DNA of 63,937 nt, filler included, from Octopus bimaculoides (taxonomy: Eukaryota), in NCBI RefSeq assembly GCF_001194135.2. It is 3 parts of 3 records of this genome, joined end to end, with 100 filler letters (N's around TTAATTAATTAA, not from the genome) between each part and the next. Parts side by side here need not be neighbours in the genome. Positions count along the whole stretch, not along the records: positions 1 to 29,656 come from NC_068984.1; 2 more parts are not named here. One strand, 5' to 3'. Positions 1 to 11,710 of the stretch are shown here, piece by piece. Both the position numbers and the translations under genes were made by a program. The stretch's first letter is position 1. Each line of letters starts with the position of its first letter. The notes below the pieces were generated by a model. The model made no database searches and was not told the origin of the DNA. It worked only from the letters and a program-made list of their open reading frames with translations.

Positions 1-639
1 TATATATATATGTATATATATATGTATGTATTTATGTATGCATGTATGTAGGTTAGGTATGCATATTTGCATGTGTGTATATATATATAGAAAACAAAGT
101 GATTTTATTCCACACAGGTAGGAATATAGGGAAAATAGTAGTTGAAAATGCTTTGAGAATCGCTAAAATATTTTTTGTTAATATATTTAAGGTTTTAACC
201 GGTTTCACAGTTTACATTAATTTTCAAAAAGTTCAAATAGAAAGACGTGGCTTATATCGCAGCCGTCTTGCTTCTGTCTAGTGTTTGAAGCTTGCCCTAT
301 TTTTATTGGGAATTCATGGCTCAAATTAGTATATGTTTTCTATAGGTTTTTATTGGTAGAGGATAGTTACATGACTGGTCTAATACATTTTTGTAGGTTC
401 ACCACTACATCCTTGTGTTAGTATCAAGTGACAATGTTTGGCATTGTAAGTTTAGGCTGACACGGTTGACTGAACATGTCCAAACAATCAATGCTCTGAA
501 AGATTTCTGTTAAGTGTATATAGAGAATGAACACTTGATTAAGTTTGTAACCTTTTGTATGTTTCCCCGCTACGTTCGTGTGTTAGCGTCACGTGATAGT
601 ATATTTTGCCTGGTGGGAGAGTGGACAGGACTTATTTGT

Positions 640-1570
640 GTGTAGTCCAGTGGCTAAAGTTTAGGTTGTTAGCTGTGTAGCTTCTTCATGATAAGTGGCA
701 GAATGTGTTTTGTGTGTGAAAAGTTATTTGTGTATGTACTCTGTTAAAGTTTGTTAAGTCTTGGTTTGTACTTTTGTATGAAAATATTAATTTTTTGTTT
801 ATCTTTGCTTCATCTGTGGCATTTGGGTGAGAAGACATAGGTCGGGTGGGAAGACTTGGAATTTGGGCGACATATTTTTTGCACATATGACTTTGTGTCC
901 ACTCAGAGGAATCTGTCTCATACGTATTTGCTGTCAGTGAATGGTCAGTCTATTTCTTAGAGTATGCTTTGTTTGACCAATATAATCTTCATTACTTCCT
1001 TGAAGAAAATATAAAGTGAATTTTTATGGTACAAGTCTGTCCTGATTTGAATTTGTATGTTGTGTCTTTAATAAGGCTGACGGTGGTCCCACAACTGGGG
1101 CGGCCACACTTTTTGACAGTTGGTGTAGGAATTGTGGAAGGTAATTTAGAACTTGTGAGGAATTTTTTAAGGGACTTTGATTGTCTTTTACATTTGATTA
1201 TTTTGTGCATTTCAAATGCTTGTTTATTCTTGGGCCTTGTTTTAGTAGTTGGATCTTCTGATGGATAATATTGTAAACCTCTGTATTTCTTGTGCTGTGC
1301 GTCGTAATAAAGGGCAGATTATTAGATGTAGCTGGAGCGTTTTCCATTTTCCATAGTTCTTTGATATTGCTTTAGCATGTTCTATTCCATGGTCTATTAA
1401 TTTTAATGGATATTTTCTCTTATGTAGTACTTGTAGCTCCTGGAGTCTTTTATTCAGAGTTTGAAGGTTTGAGAGAATTGTGCAGATTCTTCTTGCTAGA
1501 TTAAAGGGGCTATTACTCTTCGCCTGTTTGGGATGGCATGAGGAGAAGAGTAAGTATTGTTTAGAACCTG
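640..1570 (-). mobile_element. Penelope-like retroelement fragment (end of RT/thumb + GIY-YIG endonuclease), degenerate
   Basis: Minus-strand translation gives SKQYLLFSSCHP..PFNLARRICTI, LHKRKYPLKLIDHGIE, KKCGRPSCGT..FKSGQTCTIK and DYIGQTKHTLRNRLTIH. These motifs occur in the normal PLE order, with stops and frameshifts. Confidence 0.85.
664..692 (-). ncRNA. Heavily degenerate hammerhead-ribozyme-like core at the PLE 3' end
   Basis: Minus strand reads CATGAAGA-A-GCT-ACAC-AGC-TAAC versus canonical CTGANGA-(A)-stem II-GAAA. Stem II is intact but both core boxes are mutated. It lies downstream of the GIY-YIG region. Confidence 0.3.
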
Positions 1571-1571
1571 T

Positions 1572-1716
1572 TTGTAGTAAATATCTGTTTCAATGTTTTT
1601 GGGCCAAGGCTACAGTAGAAGGCAGTTGCCCAAGGTGTCATGCAATGGGACTGATCCCGGAACCATGTGGCTGTCAAGCAAACTTTTTACCAAATAGCCA
1701 TGCATGTATCAAATAT
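1572..1716 (-). mobile_element. SINE group A, tRNA-like head fragment
   Basis: Matches the head of the full copy at 24361-24775 (GGCTATTTGGTAAAAAG...GGATCAGTCCCATTGC...GGGCAACTGCCTTCTACTGTAGCC). Confidence 0.8.
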
Positions 1717-1988
1717 ATGAGTGTGTCTGTGAATATATGGTTTGTCTGTTATGAGAAAATGCATAGCAATTAGGTGCTTACTAAATTATCATCATAACAT
1801 AGAGTTTCCAATAATTTCTTCAATTTTTTTCCAAACATAGAAAGATTTTTAATATATATATATTTACATACTACAAAATGCAATAGCTAATGGAAAAGTC
1901 AGGAAAACTGAATATTTTGCAAGTTATCTATTTTCCATTTCAGTGATGACATTGCTAATTCAATAGAAACCTTCTAAAATTCCAAGAA

Positions 1989-1989
<1 letters not shown>

Positions 1990-2050
<61 letters not shown>

Positions 2051-2430
2051 NNNNNNNNNNNNNNNNNNNNNNNNNNNNNNNNNNNNNNNNNNNNNNNNNN
2101 NNNNNNNNNNNNNNNNNNNNNNNNNNNNNNNNNNNNNNNNNNNNNNNNNNNNNNNNNNNNNNNNNNNNNNNNNNNNNNNNNNNNNNNNNNNNNNNNNNNN
2201 NNNNNNNNNNNNNNNNNNNNNNNNNNNNNNNNNNNNNNNNNNNNNNNNNNNNNNNNNNNNNNNNNTATATATATATATATATACACAAAATAAATACATG
2301 TTTACATATAAATATATATATTCCTTCATCGTCATCATATTCACCATCATCATTGTGACCATTGTCACTATCACCATCATCATCATCATCATCACCACCA
2401 ACATTACTACACTAGCATTACGAATATCGT
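1990..2430. repeat. (CA)n, N gap, (TA)n and (CAT/CAC)n microsatellites
   Basis: Directly visible simple repeats flanking an N gap. Confidence 0.95.
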
Positions 2431-2914
2431 CATCATTTTAATTGCTGTTGTTTTAACATCTACATTTTCATGTTTGCATGGGTCACAGAATTTGTTGAGG
2501 CAGATCTATAAACAGATGTCCTTCTGGTTGATATCCTTTATGTTTCCATAGAAGATTACAAATAAATGATACAGAATGTATGAAGGTGATACAGGGTTAC
2601 AACTAGCATATGATGTGTATAACATCTGATATTGACATACAGGCACATACACACTAACATATGTATACGTATTACTGTATTATCCAGACTGTCAGATGTT
2701 GTCATATACTACTGGCCACAATGTTCTTTCACAGATTGTTCTATATTCTGAATGCTGCTACCCCAATGGTTAGACAGACAGACCAATACTCACCTTCACT
2801 GGGGTGATAGTCCATTGTGGGACTACCCATTTTTAGACCATAGTGGAATGGAGCAACAGAAATGAAGTGTGATGCCATCATGTGTGCATAAAATATTGAT
2901 AATGAAACAATTAT

Positions 2915-3130
2915 CCTTTCTACTATAGGCACAAGACCTGAAATTGTTGAGGAGGGGACTAGTTAATAACATCAACCCCAGTGTTTCACTGGTACTTAAT
3001 TTATTGACCCGGAAAGGATGAAAGGCAAAGTTGACCTCAGAGGAATTTGAACTCAGAACATAGCGACAAGTGAAATACCGATAAGCATTTTGTCCAGCAT
3101 GCTAATAAGTCTGCCAGCTCACTGCCTTTG
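2915..3130 (-). mobile_element. SINE group B, full copy
   Basis: Reverse complement of the group B pattern GAGCTGGCAGA..TTAGCA..TTCTGAGTTCAAATTCC..GGGTCAATAAATTAAGTACCAG..TTGTGCC seen many times in the window. Confidence 0.85.
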
Positions 3131-3149
3131 ATAATGAAACAATAATGTT

Positions 3150-3365
3150 TATTGTGGTGCCACGTAAAAGCACCCTGCATACTCTGTAATGTGGTTGGTG
3201 TTAGGAAGGGCGTCCAGCCATAGAAACCATGCCAAATCAGGCTGGAGCTTGGTGCAGCTCTTCAGCTTGCCAGCTCTGTTCAAACCATCCAACTCATGCC
3301 AGCATGAACAACAGATGTTAAAAGATGGTGATGATGATGAGGATGATAATGATGATGATGATTCC
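3150..3365 (+). mobile_element. RTE-type LINE 3'-end copy with (GAT)n tail
   Basis: GTAAAAGCACC..GTGGTTGGTGTTAGGAAGGGCGTCCAGC..CCAACTCATGCCAGCATG..GATGTTAAA followed by (GAT)n. This is the same 3' end as the LINE at 56600-57771. Confidence 0.8.
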
Positions 3366-4074
3366 TTCTTAACATGTTACAGCAAATTTAAATGTGAATA
3401 TGTTAATCACTATCGGGTGTTTCACCTTTAAACTACAACACCTTAGTCATGAATGCTTATTAGCAAACAGCACATCTGATTCATTGACATAAGAAGAGTT
3501 TGTTTGATGTCCAGTTTTCTGGACCTCATTCTGTCTCTTTAATCAAAGCTATTTGTATATATACATTCATGCAAGTGCACACACGCATGCACACACACAG
3601 ACACACGCCCCACCACACACACACACACACACACACATGCACACACACACACATTCATACATACATGCATACATACATAACTACATACATACATACATAC
3701 ATACATACATGGTGGTTGTGTACTCCTTATGCAGTGTTTGACCATTTCCTGTACCTACACCTGCGAACCATCATGGCATCTGATGAGGTTTATTAAACCA
3801 GACAAGGTTTTGAAAAGACACCCACATAGATTGCATATCCGATTTGGACCACCAAGAGCTGCAGTTAAATTCTGATCTTCGTGGACCTTAAAATGTCTTT
3901 TGAGGCCTCCGTTAGGTTTTCAAACCTTCTGGCATACATTGCATTGAAAGGTGTGCACAGAACATATAGGCAGAATAGTTGGTGATGATTACTATTTTTA
4001 AATCTCAGAACGTGCGATTTTCAGCAACAGTACTTTGTAGTAAAAATTATTTGCCAAAATAACATGGCAGTCCT

Positions 4075-4335
4075 GGTTTAGGACTAATGTTGCTGTAATT
4101 TAGCCCCAGGAGATATCGTCTCCAGCTGGCTATACGACATGATCTGTGTCCTTATATATTCGAACAAGTGAATCTAGCATCCCCACTCAGCTCAAAACAA
4201 TATCTGTGTATCGCGATTTCTGGGTTATTTTTCTTCATCAGCACAGAATAACTGTTCAGCTAGAAGTGGTGCTGCCAAATACCTGTTCGAAATATATAGT
4301 TTTCAAATCTGGAATCTCTGTTTCTATGTTTATCT
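4075..4335 (-). mobile_element. Short non-coding hammerhead-bearing element (PLE pLTR/retrozyme-like)
   Basis: Contains the hammerhead at 4201-4250 and, about 100 nt downstream, GGGGCTAAATTACAGCAACAT. No ORF. Ends are uncertain. Confidence 0.5.
4201..4250 (-). ncRNA. Type I hammerhead ribozyme motif (helix II mutated)
   Basis: Minus strand: TCTGTG-CTGATGA-AGAAAAATAACCCA-GAAA-TCGCGAT-A-CACAGA. Helix I is a perfect 6 bp, both core boxes are canonical, helix III is the palindrome ATCGCGAT, and the NUH triplet is AUA. Confidence 0.75.
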
Positions 4336-4468
4336 ATATAAATTTTGCAGAATATATCTCAATTCATAACATGAAAGTCAACAGGAAGTAAGTTTTGCAT
4401 TTCAAAGTTGCAACAAGATTTTAAGTGGTAGCACTATGGTGAATGTCATTTCATACATGTGCACACAG

Positions 4469-4528
<60 letters not shown>

Positions 4529-4679
4529 TTATGGTGGTCATCAACTTAATTTTCAGCATAACTACCACCTCATTGTAGACATATATCAGTCACAAAGCTT
4601 AATGGCATTTCTGACATTAACCGTCATATAATTACTTGCCTCTGTGTTTGAGACTTTTTGTAACAAATGTAGCGCATAA

Positions 4680-5575
4680 CTTAATCAAGACTCATATCAA
4701 CAACAGTTTCACCCTTGTAATTTTCAGCCCAGTTGAAGATGATCACACCTTTAAACACAAAGGACAGCGATGCTCTGTTGCAGCTGATAAAGTTATATGT
4801 GTATAAGTATCCTGTGTTGATCTCCTGGTATGTGACTTTACATGGATGACATAACCTGCTTTTAAAATTGTAAAGCAATTGAAAACTGTGCAATCATGAT
4901 TAGCTTTGGATCCTTTATCAAGTAGAACTTCAACATCTTGCACTTTTCAAGCATTACATTTCATCATTTGATGGGCAATTAGAAATTTCTCAATCTATAG
5001 ATTATTCTTCTTAGGCATAGATCACTATTCAAGTGTTTCCTGTGCAAGTTATTCCCAATAAAGACTGCTAGTGTTCAAGAACCTGTGCTGGGGACACTTA
5101 CCAAGAATTAATTCTCAGTAACATAAAAGCTCCGAAAGCCTAATATCATCAAGATGGGTGATATGATCAACCTATTTCATATGTTACTTGATGAGATGAA
5201 TTTTTATAATTAGATAGCTTGCTTTTTCTACCATTTCCTTTTCATGCATAAAAAATTTCCAACTGATGTCTAACATCTCCTCTGACAAAATCTGTAATAT
5301 GTTTTTACTTACTATTGATACAGACTATAAATCTCACATGCCTCTCAGAGGGATTTGTTTAATAAAAACATCACGGGTGCAAAGTTTGGTGAACAGTTTC
5401 ACGTACCTGTCTGACCAGACTTGATTCTCCAGAATTTCACATGCAGCTTGAAGCCTTCTAATTCCTCAAATTTATTTCAGAATCCTTGGATACAGAACTT
5501 CCAAGGTATACAAATGCATCTACTGTTAATTGGTTTCACTTGCATCTCTCCTGGAGATGCAAACATCACCTTAAT
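4680..5575 (-). mobile_element. RTE-clade LINE 3' fragment (end of RT + C-terminal Cys/His motifs), degenerate
   Basis: Minus translation gives KVMFASPG, VDAFVYLGSSVS, VWSDRYV and C-terminal C..CFTILKAGYVIHVKSH and HRCPLCLKV. There are multiple frameshifts. Confidence 0.75.
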
Positions 5576-6418
5576 TACATACACACACACACATGTATGT
5601 ATGTATGTATGTATATACATGCACATATACAATATGAATGTGTGTGTGTGTGTGTATGTGTGTGTGTGTGTGTGTGTGTGCACGCGTGTGTGTGCGTGTG
5701 TGTGTGTGTGCATGCATGTGCACATCTGTCTGGCATTACATTCTTATCAAAGGGTGAGAAGATTGAGTACAAATATAACAATGAAATCTAATCGGAATGC
5801 CAAGATAGTCTTCTAATATTTATGAGACAATTAGAATTTAAATCTTTGATACTGACAGGCTATGTATAATGCATAGCATAATATACATTGAAGATATCAA
5901 GCATACAGGTGGTCTGACTTTCATAACTAAGTATCAAATATGAGTGTAACATTATCAATGAATCAATCAGTATTATATTAACTCATTCACAATGCGATAA
6001 ATAGGTATTTATTATTTGATTTGTATCTGTTAGTTGCTAATTAACATTTTTGTGTTTACTTTGAGGATGGAGGGCATGAAAGTTGTGATATACATGTATT
6101 TATCACAGATTTTCTTTCCTCAGTCTATATTATAGCTACTACCATGGCTACTGCTTTTCTGTATTGAGTAATTACATTTTGTTTATACCCAGATTTAGAT
6201 AATATACCTATTTTTTCTTCTTATCTTCATCTATTGTGTACCCTCTACACATCTACTAGGGCCGGCACTAATCACTGTCTTTTTTTAATTATTTTTCTTT
6301 AGAATATCAATGCTCTTAATGTTGATGCTTGCCAAAATTCTTCCTGCTGTTAGTAAACTTAGAGATACTCAGGGTATCAACCATATCAGAAATGGAGAGT
6401 CTGATACGATCTTCTCAC

Positions 6419-6535
6419 CTCAAACATTAAAGATAAAGAAAAATTGGGTCTGAATTCATGCAATTGCGTGAGCTCCACTAAAGTTAGCTGAGTTCCAGAT
6501 TTTGCTGTAAATTTTGGTTTAGCAGAACTTCGGAA
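6419..6535 (-). CDS. Candidate internal exon of an unidentified gene (FRSSAKPKFTAKSGTQLTLVELTQLHEFRPNFSLSLMFE)
   Basis: 117 nt, phase 0-0, open frame, acceptor tcattttagcgtag and donor GAG|gtgaga. No protein family recognised, and it could be chance. Confidence 0.25.
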
Positions 6536-7514
6536 CTACGCTAAAATGATACAGTATTATATTCAAGCAAGCATAATAATGTTGCCTCACATCTGGAGAA
6601 ACATAAATTTCTATGAAACAGTAAATGCAATTTTCTCTAATGAAACAAATTACTGCTTATTGTGTTAGTGCATAAGAGGCTGAGTAATCCTAAAGAGTCC
6701 CTTTCCTTAAAATAATCCATATGCTGAGTGTGTGACATAGCTAGCTTGTTTAACTACTGGTACAGTCAATCCAACAAGTTTTTATACAGTTTCTGTCAGG
6801 CCAGTTTAACTTACGATGTTTTTGTCAACCTGAAGCTATAGTTTGAAGCCATTGCCAAAACAACAATCATTGGGATGGAATCCTATCAGAGAACTCAATG
6901 TTAAGATGAAAAACTCTTGAACATTCAGGCAGGCCAGCAGATATAATTGGACTCATTGCCAGCACATTTGATTTCAACCTAACAAAAGTGAAAGACAGCA
7001 TTTAAAGTAACAATGGTATTTGGTATATCAAAATTATCACAAGACAATTATTTTTAAGCCCCATCATTTCTGTTAGTCTGTATTTTTTTCATATTCATAA
7101 TATGACTAACTATCTGCTGTAAAGCTAACGAATCTTGTCATAGAGGTGTAAACCTTTGTCCTGACTGCAAATTGATTCCATTTGTTATTTTATGAGATGT
7201 AAACATTTTTTTAAATGGCAACAGAAACCATCTTTCCTCTTTATTTGTGTCTTTGACAATGTAAAGTTATCACAATGGAGGGGCTCTTAGGAGTATTCAT
7301 AAATAGCAATGTTTTTCTTTTTTTTTTTTTCCTTTTCAGATCAAAAATCAAATATTTGTTGGAATTATTTGCTGGATATCTTATCAATCTTTAAATAAAG
7401 CAACAAAAAATGATAAAAATTTTTTTACCTTCAGTGAGCCAATGGAAATACGTTAAGAATTACAAACATTTGTAGTGTCCCTCTTTTTCTTGCTTTTATT
7501 TCTATTTGTACTAT

Positions 7515-7620
7515 CTCTATTATTATTATTATTATTATTATTAGAAGTAGTAGTAGTAGTAATAGTAGTAGTAGTAGTAGTTTAATTTTTAGTATTATTA
7601 TTTCATCATCATTTTTCAGT
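7515..7620. repeat. (TTA)n/(TAG)n microsatellite
   Basis: Directly visible. Confidence 0.95.
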
Positions 7621-8016
7621 TTATGGCAATGGTTTGTTTCTTTGAACAAAAAATGATTACAATAAAAAATGTTTTATATATTTAAATAACTCATTAAATT
7701 CCTTGGTACCAGTTATTGTCAAATATATTTTGTTTTAGAGAATTCAGAACCTTTGATGTCATTTTCATTTCAACAACTATGTCATCCATTAAAATAAAGA
7801 AAAGGAAATAGAATCATGTTATGTTTATCTTGCTAATTTGAGTTGTGAATTTATGGTTTTAAGCATTTGCAGAATGCCACAATCAGTATACACCTTTTAC
7901 AATATTATCAATGTTTTATAAGGTGTAAAAACATGTAGTTTGTATTTAGATATAATTTGTGCTAATAACTATTATAATCACTAACATCTGAGAAATTTTG
8001 TCTCCATGTGTAGGAA

Positions 8017-8300
8017 CATCATCATCATCATTCTCATTTAATGCCTGTTGGCCATGCTGGCATGAGTTGGATGGTTTGATCAGAGCTTGTAAGCTGAGGG
8101 GGCTGCACAAGACACCAGTCTGATTTGATATGGTTTCTACAGCTAGATGCCCTTCCTAATGTCAACCACTCCAAGAGTGTAATGGGTGCTTTTATGGGCC
8201 ACCAGCTTGGGTGCTGGTTGTGTGACACCAGTATCTGCCATGACTATGATTTCAGTTGACTTGATGGGTCTTCTTCTCAAGCATGGCATATTGCCAAAAA
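8017..8300 (-). mobile_element. RTE-type LINE 3'-end copy
   Basis: (CAT)n tail followed by CCATGCTGGCATGAGTTGG..GATGCCCTTCCTAATGTCAACCACTCC..GGGTGCTTTTATG on the plus strand. Confidence 0.8.
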
Positions 8301-8989
8301 TATCGGTCATTAGTCATTGCCTCCAAAGTGTTTTTTTACGTGTGAGAGACATGTAAAAACGAACATGTTTATTTTATATTTATATATTTAATTATATATT
8401 TATATCTATTAATTTTGTTTTTACCCAACTTATAATATTTTGAATAGATCAAATTTATGCATTGAATAAGTTATGATAAAGACATTATTAGATTGGCCAA
8501 TAGTGTCTTTTGCCACCAGCACCTTCATTTTATTCCACTCTTAGTTGAAGAAGAAGAGGCTTAAGTAATAGGCATTCTACTCACCACTGCAATTGGACTT
8601 AGCATTATAATCATTTAGATTATTCATTTCTGACAGACAACTATCAAGTTATTCACATTTAGGGCTTTATCTCATATATCTAATATCAAAGTAACTTTCT
8701 CAAAATTAATAAATGAGTAATGTTAATCACCACATCAATATGGCTGTTTGCTGTTACTACCATTTTAACCCCAGACAGATATTCCGCCAACTGGTTACAA
8801 GTGTAACCTGCACCCTGTATATATTGCAAGTAAGGCAGCAATATTGATGTGATTAGCATTACTTGACAATTAACATTACATAGTTACTATTTTCATATCT
8901 TATTAAGATTTTCTAACTAGTTACTTTGCTTGTAACTCATAAATTTCTATGAAACAGTAAATGCAATTTTGTCTAATGAAACAAATTAC

Positions 8990-9315
8990 TCAGTGACTGA
9001 TGGTAGATTTGTTTTTTATATATTGCGAGCGTGGACTCCTGCTATCTCTCTGGCGGTGGGGGCTTCCCAACTGAAGATGGGCACAAATAGTCCAAAACTG
9101 ATTTGATCTCAGGATCCTCTCATCTGCTAGAGGATTGTAGGGGTTCACTCTCCTGCTTGCAATCGATACAGGGTGCAGGGTGCACATATAAACATCTAGT
9201 GGAAGGTCTGCTTGGGGCTAAAATGGTAGTAACATCAAACAGCCATATTGATGTGGCAATTAACATTGCTTGTCAGTATAGTTACTACTTTCATCTCTTA
9301 CTGAGATTTTCTAAA
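8990..9315 (+). mobile_element. Short non-coding hammerhead-bearing element with partial inverted and direct duplicates upstream
   Basis: Hammerhead-like core at 9071-9098 and GGGGCTAAAATGGTAGTAACAT at 9214. Segment 9157-9270 recurs inverted at 8720-8830. Confidence 0.5.
9071..9098 (+). ncRNA. Hammerhead-like core, one transition away from canonical
   Basis: CTGAAGA-T-GGGC-ACAAATA-GTCC-AAAAC. Stem II pairs (one G-U), and GAAA has become AAAA at what would be a CpG site. Helices I and III are poorly preserved. Confidence 0.55.
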
Positions 9316-10152
9316 TAAATAAATAGAAAAAACTTTGCCGAATAAGTAACTACCAATTTTCCATTGTACCCATTAATCTTTGACAACATATTAGAATCCA
9401 TAACTTGGGAGGTTTCTGAGATATGAAAGCAGACAATCAAACAAAAAGATATTTCTAATAAAACTGTGGAAACTAAGTGTTATCTAGCAAGACTAACTAT
9501 ATAGTTATTAAGCATATTGTATAGTATATATACATATAGAAATTTATATCTATGATTTGTTGGTATGGATATTTTTTTTATTATATTCATATTTAAGTTT
9601 AGTTAAGAGCTTTATACACTTATGTAAGTTTCTTTACATTGCTAATAAAATGTTTACACCATTTCTAAGGTGACCTGTTTTTCTTAGTTTCTGTAGTCAA
9701 AAGGTGATGTCAGCATTACTTGATGAGTTTTAAGATAAAAGATACTACAATCTTCTGTTTATTCACAAACTAAGTTTCAAGAATAAATGAGTGAGATGCA
9801 GTCTTCAACACATCAAGAAGGGTATTAAATCCAAAGAAAATTTTACTCAAATCTGAAGGGCCTTTCCAATTCATGCTAACTTGTAAATCAGTAAATCACA
9901 CATAAACTGGTGATAATGAGGACGATGACAACAACGATGATGACTATACTATTTTTAATGATATTGCAAACATATTGATTCACAAACTATAATAGCTGAT
10001 TAATATACGATGATATCAGATTCTGAATCTTAGATAAATTTCTTGATTTCAGCACATTTAATGAATTATTTTGCATACATAGAGACTGTATTTGAGTTCT
10101 CACTGTTTTGACTGATTTTGTTTCTTTATGGATTTACAATGACCCTTACAAA

Positions 10153-11290
10153 TGAGGTGTGTTAGAAAAGAAACAGAGCAAGGGTTACAAGCATTTTATG
10201 TCAAATTCAAACTACTAACTACAAGGTTTTCCCTTTGAAATAATTCCCCTTGAGTCTAATGCATTTTCCCATCTTGCTCCACAACACTTCCAAGCACTTC
10301 TGGAAAGATTCTCCCAAGATTCGCCCAAGATTCTCCACAGCTCCATTGTCACAGCCCTCTTGATGGCTTGATGACACCTTTGAGCTTAGGGAAAAAAGAA
10401 AAAAAATCACCCTTAGTCAAGTCACACCTGCCTGCACCACTCCTCTTCGTCATTGTTCAGCAGCTTTGGCACCATCTTTGCCCAGATCTTCTGCATGCCC
10501 AAATTTTCAGTGATAATCTTCCAGATGCCTAGATTACTTGCAATTAGTTGAGCTGTCTGCTGATGATCACCATGCACCACCTGCCTCACATGCTCAACAT
10601 TGATCTCTGTTTAGTCCATTGAAGGCCTTTTGCACCTGGGGTCATCCTCAAAATCTTCTTTAAGTGGAGGCACATGGCTTAGTAGTTAGGGTGTTGAACT
10701 CATGACCATAAGATTATGATTTCAATTCCAGGACCGACTGACACGCTCTGTTCTTGAGCAAAACGCTTCATTTCACATTACTCCAGTCCACTCAGCTGCT
10801 GAAAATGTGCAATCCTGAGATGGACTGGCGTCCACTCCAGGTGAAGAATTTATACAACAGGAAATTAGGAAAATGGCCCTTATAAGTTGGCATGACTTGA
10901 CAAGGCAATTTCATCTTTACTTTAACTAAATCCTCTTTAAACCTTTTATGCCACTCAAAAACCCATGAGCACAACATTGTCTCATCTCCATACACTTATC
11001 ACAGTAGTCTTAGTACTTCTGACAGGGTTTACCCCAGCTGAACAAGAAACTTCAGGCTAGTACATTGCTCTACACCAATTGCTTCACAGCCTAAACTTGA
11101 GGAGCTGTTAACAAAAGCACATGAAAAACTATACAATAGCTGCAAAAGAGCTGAGGTCAAGGCCATATACACTATGGATATTACATCACACATTACCTCA
11201 ACCTGCTAAACTCCATCCCACTCATAGCTCACACTGTATAATACATATTTCTATAGGCTCGTGACTACCAGAAAAATAAATTTGTTTCTG
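10153..11290 (-). mobile_element. Mariner element, internally deleted, with a nested SINE
   Basis: Minus translation: EQCTSLKFLVQLG..VYGDETM..VFEWHKRFKE, EDDPR..EINVEHVRQ..WAKMVPKLLN, then the C-terminal KCIRLKGNYFKG. The catalytic core is missing. Left TIR-like TGAGGTGTGTTAGAAAAG. Confidence 0.85.
10661..10900 (+). mobile_element. SINE group C (tRNA-like head, tail type 1), inserted in the mariner
   Basis: GTGGAGGCACATGGCTTAGTAGTTAGGG A-box-like head, TTCAATTCC B-box-like, CCAGTCCACTCAGCTG..GATGGACTGGCGTCC body. Confidence 0.75.
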
Positions 11291-11479
11291 GAAAATGTAC
11301 AGAATATGTATATCAATTTATTTTCATAATTGTGACCTATATTTACATTTGAATGACTATTCATTTTGGCTATCATTATCTGTTAAAATTTTATCCAATC
11401 TAAAATTGTTTCATATTATAGTGCTCTGTGGAGAAAACTTCACAGACAAATGTTTTCGTTATGTTTGCAATATATGTAC

Positions 11480-11562
11480 ATATAGACATGTGTGTGAGTA
11501 TATACATGTATATATACATATATATTTGTATCTCTGAATCTATCTATCTGTCTATCTATCTA

Positions 11563-11596
<34 letters not shown>

Positions 11597-11609
11597 AATA
11601 TATATATAC

Positions 11610-11656
<47 letters not shown>

Positions 11657-11710
11657 GTGAGAGAGAGAGAGAAAAGAGAGAGAGTGTGTGCATGTGAGAG
11701 AGAGAAATGG
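11480..11710. repeat. Compound (TA)n/(TCTA)n/(GA)n microsatellite
   Basis: Directly visible. Confidence 0.95.

Noticed and set aside
3780-3803. CTGATGA-GGTTT-ATT-AAACC hammerhead-like half core
   Set aside because: Stem II is perfect but is followed by AGAC, not GAAA, and no helix I or III is found.
7340-7457. Very strong plus-strand acceptor with downstream frames (also 1943, 2712, 6122, 6302, 28082)
   Set aside because: Poly-T + AG arises often by chance here. There is no convincing donor with phase-consistent partner exons and no recognisable peptide.
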